A DNA stretch of 45,532 nucleotides, taken from sequence record DRR723986_8415; one strand, given 5' to 3'. Within the stretch, counting starts at the first letter, position 1; each line of letters begins with the position of its first letter. A model generated the notes under the pieces. That model was not told where the DNA came from and ran no database searches. It worked only from the letters and a program-made list of their open reading frames with translations. Positions 37,975 to 45,532 of the stretch are shown here, piece after piece. The position numbers and the translations under genes are program-made.

Positions 37975-40068
37975 TTAACCGGCGGCATCGGATTGATTGT
38001 GCGAGTCGTCGTTGCTGTCGCTGCTTGTGTCGGCGGCAGTGTCGCTTTGACGTGGAGTCCCTTCAGTGCCAGGTTTGACGCGTGGTCCAGGCAGTGTTTC
38101 GTCGATCAAACGCTGAAGTTCGTCGGCGTCCATGACTTCGATCTCAAGCAGACGCTTGGTGACACTCTCGAGTGCACTACGACGTTCGATGAGTATCTCG
38201 CGTGCTTTTCCAAGCATGTTGTCGATGATTCGTTTGACTTCTTCATCGATTTCTCGCGCGGTTTGCTCGGAATAATCACGAACCAAGCCTTCACCACCGC
38301 CACCGCCAAGGAATGGTGTTCGGCCACTCTCGCGGAAATTCACCCGTCCAATGCGACTCATCCCAAATTCCATGACCATGCTTCGCGCGATCGAACTTGC
38401 TCGTTCAAGATCGTTCTGTGCGCCTGTGCTAATGTCCTGAAAAATGATTTCTTCGGCCAGGGTTCCAGCCAGCAGGATCTGCATTTGAGCTTCAAGTTCC
38501 GCCTGCGTCATCAAGAATCGTTCGCCGGCCGGTCGTTGCATGGTGTACCCAAGCGCGGCTAGGCCACGTGGGATAATGGAAACCTTATGCACCGGGTCAG
38601 TGTTCGGCAGAGAGTATGCGACCAGGGCATGAGCGGCTTCGTGGTAGGCGACACGAGTCTTTTCATCCTCGTCCATAATCCGGCTCTTCTTTTCCAATCC
38701 GGCCGTGACGCGTTCAACGCCCTCATTGAATTCCTCTTGGCCGACGGTGTTTTTACCGTTTCGTGCCGCCAACAAAGCGGCCTCATTGACCAAATTGGCC
38801 AAGTCAGCTCCGCTGAATCCGCTAGTTATCGATGCAATCTGTCCGATTTCGACGTTTGACGCGAGCTTCACGTTCTTAACGTGGACCTTCAGTATCTCGG
38901 CGCGACCAGCTTTGTCTGGGCGGTCAACCAAGACGTTTCTGTCGAAGCGGCCCGGGCGGAGTAGTGCTGGGTCTAAGGTCTCCGGTCGGTTGGTCGCGGC
39001 GATGACGATGATGCCGGTGTTGGCGTCAAAACCATCCATCTCGACGAGCAGTGCGTTGAGAGTTTGTTCTCGTTCGTCGTGCACGCCCACTTGGCTGCCG
39101 GAACGGCTCTTGCCGAGGGCGTCTAGTTCGTCAATGAAGATGATGCACGGGCTCTTTGCGCCGGCTTGTTGGAACATATCGCGAACACGGGCGGCACCGA
39201 CGCCGACAAACATCTCGACGAAATCACTTCCAGAGAGGCTAAAGAAAGGCACGCCTGCTTCACCAGCTATCGCTTTAGCTAAAAGCGTTTTGCCCGTTCC
39301 TGGTGGCCCGACAAGGAGCACACCTTTGGGGATGCGTCCGCCGAGGCGCTGATATTTCTCGGGGTATTTCAGGAAGTCGACGATTTCGCGAACTTCTTCG
39401 ACGGCTTCTTCAACTCCAGCGATGTCATCGAATGTGATTGCGATGTCATCTTGTGCGTAGAGTTTCCCACGTGAGCGGCCGAAGGACATGGGCGAGCCGA
39501 CGCCCGACATTCTTCGCGCAACGAACATTAGGACGAGTAGAAAAAGGCCGAATGTGATGAGGATTGGTCCATACTGATCCATGAACCCTGGGCCATCGGA
39601 GTTGTCCCAGGAAACGTTGCTGGACTGCAGGGCTGCTTTGATTTCGGCAGTTGTCTCGTCGCTGGAATCACGATTGACTCGGAAATCGACATCACCTTCG
39701 GAGATGACTTCGCCGTCACGCAGTCGCTCTTTGAACAAGATTCCGGTAATCAGCGAGTCGCTGAGTCGGACGTCGCGAAGGCGTGAGACACGGATCGCCT
39801 CATTCGGCTTCGTCTTGGAAGCGATCGTTAATTGGTTTTGGGCGTCACCTTGCGTCGCTTCGGTCGCTGGTACATCTTGAGAAACCTGCTCTGAGTACTC
39901 GGTTAGCGCGAGCAGCTTCATAAAATCCGGGTATGCCATCCGATAGACGGACTGCTGGACGACAAAAATCCCGACCGAAAGCAAGATGATGGAAGTAAGC
40001 ACCAGGTACCAAACCCAATTGTTCTGCTTTCCTTCACCACGTTTTTCTTGATCGTCAGAACTGCTCAT
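37975..40068 (-). CDS. ftsH: ATP-dependent zinc metalloprotease FtsH
   Basis: Two TM helices, [46 protein letters not shown]. Confidence 0.97.
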   Translation of the reverse strand: MSSSDDQEKRGEGKQNNWVWYLVLTSIILLSVGIFVVQQSVYRMAYPDFMKLLALTEYSEQVSQDVPATEATQGDAQNQLTIASKTKPNEAIRVSRLRDVRLSDSLITGILFKERLRDGEVISEGDVDFRVNRDSSDETTAEIKAALQSSNVSWDNSDGPGFMDQYGPILITFGLFLLVLMFVARRMSGVGSPMSFGRSRGKLYAQDDIAITFDDIAGVEEAVEEVREIVDFLKYPEKYQRLGGRIPKGVLLVGPPGTGKTLLAKAIAGEAGVPFFSLSGSDFVEMFVGVGAARVRDMFQQAGAKSPCIIFIDELDALGKSRSGSQVGVHDEREQTLNALLVEMDGFDANTGIIVIAATNRPETLDPALLRPGRFDRNVLVDRPDKAGRAEILKVHVKNVKLASNVEIGQIASITSGFSGADLANLVNEAALLAARNGKNTVGQEEFNEGVERVTAGLEKKSRIMDEDEKTRVAYHEAAHALVAYSLPNTDPVHKVSIIPRGLAALGYTMQRPAGERFLMTQAELEAQMQILLAGTLAEEIIFQDISTGAQNDLERASSIARSMVMEFGMSRIGRVNFRESGRTPFLGGGGGEGLVRDYSEQTAREIDEEVKRIIDNMLGKAREILIERRSALESVTKRLLEIEVMDADELQRLIDETLPGPRVKPGTEGTPRQSDTAADTSSDSNDDSHNQSDAAG

Positions 40069-40335
40069 GTTTGCTTCAGATTAGATGGCTGTCGTGAGAA
40101 CGGCATCACGCCGCGGCAATTTTAAGATTCATCGGTTCGCGTCCAAGCTGCTTTATTCTTACAGGCTGGGACCCTAAAGAGTATACGACTCAACAAACCG
40201 AACTTGCGATTTCGCCAATTTCTGACCGGCAAATCCTTCCGGTTTGTAACGATTGTATTGCCCCCAATGGATGCAGGCTTTACTCTAACGCTCCAGGGCA
40301 AAAAGAATCGTTGCGTGAGCAGGAAATCACAAGGC

Positions 40336-41547
40336 ATGGAAACAAAATCAGGTGCTGTCGCCGTCCTAGGGGCGACCGGAAGCATCGGCCGTGCCACACT
40401 GGACGTTGTCAAAAAACTAGGTGAGCCTTGGCACATCTCGGCGCTTTCGGCGCATTCCCAGGCGATTGGGCTGGCTAAAGAGCTCTTTGGCGGCGATCAA
40501 CAATCCCTGCAAAACGACTCTTCTTCAGAGTCATGTTGGCTGTCGCCACAGATTTACTGCGCGACTTGCCCCGAATCGGCCTCGCAGTTCGATGCCAGCC
40601 TGCTCCCAACGGATTGTCAGTTCGTTAGCGGACGCGAAGGGCTTGTTCAGATCGCCCAAAGCCCCCAGGTTGATGTCGTGGTGGCCGCTGTCGTTGGTTT
40701 CGCGGGACTGGAGAGTGCTCTAGCTGCTGCGAAAAGTGGCAAGCGGTTGGCATTGGCAAACAAGGAAGCGTTGGTGGTCTCTGGTAGCTTGATGCAGGAA
40801 GCTCTTTCCAGTGGCGGCGGACAGCTAATCCCGGTGGATAGTGAACACAGCGCGATTTTCCAGGCAATTCAGGGGGCCGACACAAAGCAGGTTTCCAGGA
40901 TAGTCCTGACGGCAAGCGGTGGGCCCTTCCGCACATGGACCGCAGAGCAAATTCGAGGGGCCACGGTGGCCGACGCACTGGCTCATCCAACTTGGGAAAT
41001 GGGACGCAAGATCTCGATTGATTCTGCAACCATGATGAATAAGGCGCTTGAGGTTATCGAAGCGCGATGGCTGTTCGACTTGCCGGCCGACAAGATCGAG
41101 GTGGTCGTGCATCCGCAGTCAATCATTCATTCAATGGTCGAATTTGATGACGGCAGTGTACTTGCTCAGCTTAGTCCTCCAGACATGCGATTGCCGATTC
41201 AGTACGCTCTAACATATCCGCAGCGGCTCCCCTGCCCTGCTCCAAAGATGGACTTCTCACGGAGTTGGGATTTACAGCTAGAGCCCGTGGACTTAGAACG
41301 CTTCCCAGCTCTACGATTGGGTTGGCAAGTTGCCCGCGAGGGTGGCACAACCGGAGTGGTCTTGAATGCGGCCAACGAAGCGGCCGTCGAGCTATTTCTC
41401 GATGAAAAGATACCGTTTACGGCAATTGTTGAAAGCTGCGAGCGAATCTTGCAAGAACATAATTTTTCGTCGAACCCAGACCTTGGCGAGTTGATGCGCC
41501 TGGATCGTTGGGCTCGAGAGGAGATATTGAAGTGGGCAGCCTGCTGA
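40336..41547 (+). CDS. dxr: 1-deoxy-D-xylulose-5-phosphate reductoisomerase
   Basis: LGATGSIG, LANKEAL, PVDSEHSAIFQ, LTASGGPF, HPTWEMGRKISIDSATMMNK. ATG 40336 chosen. Confidence 0.97.
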   Translation: METKSGAVAVLGATGSIGRATLDVVKKLGEPWHISALSAHSQAIGLAKELFGGDQQSLQNDSSSESCWLSPQIYCATCPESASQFDASLLPTDCQFVSGREGLVQIAQSPQVDVVVAAVVGFAGLESALAAAKSGKRLALANKEALVVSGSLMQEALSSGGGQLIPVDSEHSAIFQAIQGADTKQVSRIVLTASGGPFRTWTAEQIRGATVADALAHPTWEMGRKISIDSATMMNKALEVIEARWLFDLPADKIEVVVHPQSIIHSMVEFDDGSVLAQLSPPDMRLPIQYALTYPQRLPCPAPKMDFSRSWDLQLEPVDLERFPALRLGWQVAREGGTTGVVLNAANEAAVELFLDEKIPFTAIVESCERILQEHNFSSNPDLGELMRLDRWAREEILKWAAC

Positions 41548-43727
41548 TGGACGCGGCATTTGTTGAAACTCTTAGTAGCCTAGGTGGATTGGAGTCTCTG
41601 CTCTTATTCGCCGAATCGAACTTCTTCTCCTCGCTAGGTTCCAAGCTGTGGAACATTGGCCAAGTTGCCTTGGGGCTTGGCTTCGTGATCTTTATCCACG
41701 AGCTCGGCCACTTTCTCGCTGCAAAGACTTTTGGAGTTCGCTGCGACAAATTCTATGTTGGATTTGACGTGCCAATTTCAATCGGCCCAATCAAGCTCCC
41801 CAGAACGCTCGGGAAGTTCACTTACGGCGAGACCGAATACGGAATTGGAATCATCCCGCTGGGTGGTTACGTCAAGATGCTTGGTCAGGACGATGATCCT
41901 AGGCGGCAAGCCGAAGAGAACGCTAAGGTGCGTGCGAGTATCAGTGTTGATGCCGACGCGGATGTCCAAGACGACTTGGGCGAACAACTTGATCCGCGAA
42001 GTTATCCCGCCAAGCCTGTTTGGCAACGGATGATCATCATCTCAGCCGGCGTGATCATGAATTTGGTTAGCGCGGTCTTCCTGGCAGCCATCGCGTACTG
42101 GTACGGCGTTTCCTATTCGCCAACCGTTGCTGGCTCCGTTACCGCCGGTGCACCGGCTTGGACAGCAGGAATGCAACCGGGAGATCGGATCCTGCGTTTC
42201 GGCGAAATGACGAAAGATAATCCAAATCTGAGATATCAGGATTTCTCAGGTGGAATACTAGTTCGCGGCTTGGACAAGAAAGATGAACCGGTCGACTTGA
42301 CCGTTGAACGTGCGGGTGAAACCTTCGACCTGACCATTAAGCCAACCAACAAGCTAACGCCGAAGAAGAAGTTTTATCTTGTCGGAGTTCGCTCGGCGAC
42401 TTTGCCGCAAATAGACACCGAGCCTTGGGACGAGACTTCTTACCTGGTTAAAATCAAGCCCGACTTGAAGGGGGGCGATACGGTAGTCGCCGTAGATGGT
42501 GAAGAACTGCCCAAGGACGATCGTTATGATGCAGTTCTTGGTTATGAATTGACGCGGCGTCTGCAGGCCAAATGGAACAATGAAGTTACGCTCGATATTG
42601 AACGATCGAGCGGCAAGGGAAGCGATGGCGAAGAGACCTCGGAAACTGTTCAAGTCGTTCTGCCACCGACTCCGGTCCGAAGTGTTGGGATCGGTTTTGC
42701 AATGGGACCGATTACCGCCATCCAGACGGATTCAGCCGCAGAGAGGGGCGGATTAAAAGTCGGCGACCTCATTAAAGCAATCAACGGACAGGCAATTGAA
42801 AATGCGTTGAAAGTGCCATCGGCGATCGCTGAATTGGCTGGAAGCGGGAAAATTGAACTGACTGTCGAACGTGACGGTAAAGAACAATCTTTGTCGGTTG
42901 ATGCACCGGAGAGTGCTTCCTTCGATTCGATTGCTTCCTACGGCGGAGCGTTGACGCTCAGTGGCGTTGGAGCGGCTTTTGTGCCAAGCAGCTTGGTGAG
43001 TTCGGTTGACGAGCAAGCGAAGGAAAGTGGAGTCGAAGTTGGTGACGAACTTGTCCAATTCCACTGGGACGCCTCGGACGAAACGAAAAAGGAGTTGAGT
43101 GATCGGTATAACAAAACGTTCTTCGAAGAAACAAAGTTGGACGACGGAATCAACACAGCCGTCCTCTACGATGTCTGGCAAGGCATGCCGGAGGGCGAGG
43201 AGCTACTTTGCTATTTCAAACGAGGTAGCAAAACTGTCAAGGCAGAGTTAGCCGTCGCCTATCAAGACGACTGGTATTGGCACCAACGAGGAATTCTGCT
43301 CAAGAAGCTTCAGGATATCCACTACGCAACTGGTGTTGGTGAAGCTTTGGTGCTCGGCTGGGGTGAGACCAAGAAACGGTTCTTCGAAGTTCTCAAATTC
43401 CTGCGTCTGCTCGTGACGGGCAAAGTTGGTGCGGACGGGCTTGGTGGCCCGTTTGAGATTGCCCGTGCCGCGTCCAGTGAAGCGAGCCTGGGCGTTTCGC
43501 GACTCATGTTGTTCTTGACATTCCTGAGTGCGAACCTGGCCATCATCAACTTCCTGCCCATTCCGGCGCTCGATGGAGGTCACATGGTCTTCCTGACTGC
43601 TGAAGCGATCCGTGGGAAACCGGTCAACGAAGAACTGCAAGTTCGGTTGACGATGATCGGAGTGCTAGGATTGCTCTGCTTGATGGCGTTCGTGATCCTG
43701 AACGACATCCTACGCTACATCTCGTAA
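41547..43727 (+). CDS. rseP: Site-2 (M50) intramembrane metalloprotease RseP with several PDZ domains
   Basis: HELGH, IPLGGYVKM, AGVIMN, PDZ-like repeats (PGDRI, GGDTVVAVDG, VGDLIKAING, VGDEL), NFLPIPALDGGH; TGATG overlap with dxr stop. Confidence 0.93.
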   Translation: MDAAFVETLSSLGGLESLLLFAESNFFSSLGSKLWNIGQVALGLGFVIFIHELGHFLAAKTFGVRCDKFYVGFDVPISIGPIKLPRTLGKFTYGETEYGIGIIPLGGYVKMLGQDDDPRRQAEENAKVRASISVDADADVQDDLGEQLDPRSYPAKPVWQRMIIISAGVIMNLVSAVFLAAIAYWYGVSYSPTVAGSVTAGAPAWTAGMQPGDRILRFGEMTKDNPNLRYQDFSGGILVRGLDKKDEPVDLTVERAGETFDLTIKPTNKLTPKKKFYLVGVRSATLPQIDTEPWDETSYLVKIKPDLKGGDTVVAVDGEELPKDDRYDAVLGYELTRRLQAKWNNEVTLDIERSSGKGSDGEETSETVQVVLPPTPVRSVGIGFAMGPITAIQTDSAAERGGLKVGDLIKAINGQAIENALKVPSAIAELAGSGKIELTVERDGKEQSLSVDAPESASFDSIASYGGALTLSGVGAAFVPSSLVSSVDEQAKESGVEVGDELVQFHWDASDETKKELSDRYNKTFFEETKLDDGINTAVLYDVWQGMPEGEELLCYFKRGSKTVKAELAVAYQDDWYWHQRGILLKKLQDIHYATGVGEALVLGWGETKKRFFEVLKFLRLLVTGKVGADGLGGPFEIARAASSEASLGVSRLMLFLTFLSANLAIINFLPIPALDGGHMVFLTAEAIRGKPVNEELQVRLTMIGVLGLLCLMAFVILNDILRYIS

Positions 43728-43767
43728 CACGACCATTGACGGCCAACGGCACAGGAGCCTGTTCTTG

Positions 43768-43792
43768 TTCAGTAGTGCTTAACACTACTGAA
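43768..43792. terminator. 10-bp perfect hairpin between convergent rseP and radical SAM genes (possible terminator or 3' stabiliser)
   Basis: TTCAGTAGTG-CTTAA-CACTACTGAA; overlaps the TAG stop of the minus-strand gene; no U-tract. Confidence 0.35.
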
Positions 43793-44732
43793 GGTCTGAG
43801 CCCTGGAAGGTGCCTCGGGATTCGAAGAGTTTTTCGAGTTCGTGTTTGATGCTGCCCTTCTTGAGCGCCCACGCCGGTGCAATGAAATTCTTGGGTGGAG
43901 CGTCGCCGGAAATGCGCTCGATTACGATCTCCGGTGGCAAGCGTTGCAGAAAATCGGCAAGGACGGTCACGTATTCGTCCATCTCCATCAGCTTCACTTC
44001 ACCGCTGGCAACTTGGTCGGCCAGTTCGGTTCGCGGGACGGCGTACAGATTGTGGATTTTCACACCAGCGGGCTTCCATTGTGCGACTTGGTCGGCGGTA
44101 GCCATCATCATTTCATGCGTCTCTCCTGGTAAGCCGAGCATGATGTGAAGGCTGACGTCAAACTTCCGCCCCTCGCATCGCTTCATCGCATCGACCGCTT
44201 CTGCGTGGCCGTGGCCGCGATTCATCCACTCTAGACTCGCGTCGTGGACGGTTTGTACGCCAAGCTCAAGTGAAACGAAGTGCTTTTCGGCATACTCGTC
44301 GACCAAGTCAAGAACTTCGTCGGGAACGCAGTCCGGGCGGGTGCCGATTACCAGGCCGACGACTCGCGGGTCCTCAAGGGCGGTGTCCCACAGCATGCGA
44401 AGCTTATCTAGTGGGCCATATGTGTTCGTTGCCGGTTGAAAGTAAGCCAGGAACTTTTCAGTCTTGTAGCGGCGCCTTAAACCTTCGATGCCTCGCTGAA
44501 TCTGATTCTGAATTGCGTCCCTTCGAACTCGGCGACTTGGGCTGAATGCTTTGTTGTCGCAGAACGTGCAGCCCCCTTTTGCAACTGTCCCATCGACATT
44601 GGGGCAGGTGAAGCCGCCGTCGAGGCTGATCTTCTGAACGCGGCAACCGAATCGATTCCGCAGATAGAGGTTCAGCGGAAAGTAGTAGTGTCCTAGTTCC
44701 CGCCAGTCGACAGTCTCGTGAGTTGTTTGCAT
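43785..44732 (-). CDS. TIGR01212-family radical SAM protein (YhcC-like)
   Basis: GFTCPNVDGTVAKGGCTFC (Cx11Cx2C), AYFQPATNTY, IGTRPDC, ELGVQT, NRGH, GVKIHNL. Confidence 0.92.
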   Translation of the reverse strand: MQTTHETVDWRELGHYYFPLNLYLRNRFGCRVQKISLDGGFTCPNVDGTVAKGGCTFCDNKAFSPSRRVRRDAIQNQIQRGIEGLRRRYKTEKFLAYFQPATNTYGPLDKLRMLWDTALEDPRVVGLVIGTRPDCVPDEVLDLVDEYAEKHFVSLELGVQTVHDASLEWMNRGHGHAEAVDAMKRCEGRKFDVSLHIMLGLPGETHEMMMATADQVAQWKPAGVKIHNLYAVPRTELADQVASGEVKLMEMDEYVTVLADFLQRLPPEIVIERISGDAPPKNFIAPAWALKKGSIKHELEKLFESRGTFQGSDLQ

Positions 44733-45014
44733 CCGACAGGTTCACTTGTGTGGGTGGGCCCAATGAGGAATTTGACAAAGGGCTGTTGAGAGCCGTTCAG
44801 TTGTTTGACGGGCCACTGAAATCTGCGTAAAGTGTATTTATGGGGCGGTTTACGTCCCTTTGGTCTTCAAGCTAGCGTCTGACAATTGCTGTTCGCGGCG
44901 ATGCTCGGGCAAGTTAGCGACCCTGGGGAGGGGAGCTTGGCGGCTTGAACGAATGTCCGCGTTCCCATCATGACTCTTGTTTAATCCTATTGGCTTTGCA
45001 GGCAGAGCGAAACG

Positions 45015-45455
45015 ATGACCGATCCTTCAAAATACGGCCAGTTGGTTCCCTCCGGCGGCGGAGACAATATTCTGCTGAAGAAGGAACGTTTGGTGATTGG
45101 TCGGCGTGAAAGCTGCGACATCGTTCTGCGTTTCAGCAACGTATCTGGCCAACACGCTCGGATGACTTTAGAGCAAGGCTATTGGTTTCTCAAGGATCTC
45201 GGCAGCAGAAATGGGACGAAAGTGAATGGCTATCGCATTAGCCGCAAGCGTCTAGACCCAGGTGCTGTGATCACTTTCGCCAAGAATAAGTACACCATTG
45301 AATACGTGCCTGAGGATCTCGGTGCGTTCGGTCCTCCTCCGCCAGACGACGACCACATCGAAGAAGTGCTTCGAAAGGGACTGCTCGACCGTGCTGGCTT
45401 GTCACGCCGATCCGGCGAAGGTTACGAGAACCGCGATCTGGCCGACGAAGACTAG
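45015..45455 (+). CDS. FHA domain-containing protein
   Basis: IGRRESCDI, NVSGQHA, DLGSRNGTKVNG. Confidence 0.93.
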   Translation: MTDPSKYGQLVPSGGGDNILLKKERLVIGRRESCDIVLRFSNVSGQHARMTLEQGYWFLKDLGSRNGTKVNGYRISRKRLDPGAVITFAKNKYTIEYVPEDLGAFGPPPPDDDHIEEVLRKGLLDRAGLSRRSGEGYENRDLADED

Positions 45456-45504
45456 CCGGCTGCTCGAAGCTTGGTTCTGATTCGATCGAGAGTAGGTATA
45501 TGTA

Positions 45505-45529
45505 GTAGCAGGCACACTCCGTGTGCCGT
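45505..45529 (+). repeat. GTAG-type REP-like palindrome
   Basis: GTAG-CA-GGCACAC-TCC-GTGTGCC-GT: 5' GTAG tetranucleotide followed by a 7-bp perfect stem with a 3-nt loop, downstream of a stop codon. Only one copy is visible in this window. Confidence 0.6.
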
Positions 45530-45532
45530 CCG

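Noticed and set aside
37993-39352. Long plus-strand ORFs (189 aa, 215 aa) opposite ftsH
   Set aside because: Antisense shadows of a conserved gene in GC-rich DNA, with no recognisable motifs.
7376-41547. ispD and dxr as an MEP-pathway cluster
   Set aside because: They are about 32 kb apart, on opposite strands and in unrelated operons.

Overview
A gene-dense window of roughly 55% GC (estimated by eye) from a planctomycete, probably Pirellulaceae-like. The lineage call rests on a DUF1559/H-X9-DG prepilin-type protein with its lipoprotein partner, a PVC-type CxxCH heme protein and a planctomycete-type ECF sigma factor. About 36 CDS are supportable. Housekeeping genes: pyrF, tyrS, ispD, sua5, selO, ftsH, dxr, rseP, a TIGR01212 radical SAM protein and a sugar ABC transporter. 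I found no rRNA, tRNA, CRISPR array or intact IS. Most notable: (1) a co-directional run of PVC heme protein > c-heme (CITCH) histidine kinase > mfnF-like > non-RD membrane Ser/Thr kinase > mfnE-like > ispD, i.e. methanofuran-type C1-cofactor genes embedded in signalling genes; (2) a secreted GH33 sialidase fused to a beta-lactamase-family serine hydrolase, behind a VPS10/BNR protein on an apparently leaderless transcript; (3) a close bacterial homologue of animal FOXRED2; (4) an Rpn/PD-(D/E)xK nuclease with a candidate intragenic antitoxin start; (5) an archaeal/eukaryotic-style DRG GTPase behind a symmetric TACAATC-N6-GATTGTA element; (6) a GTAG-type REP hairpin at the window end. All calls come from motif recognition; no database search was run.
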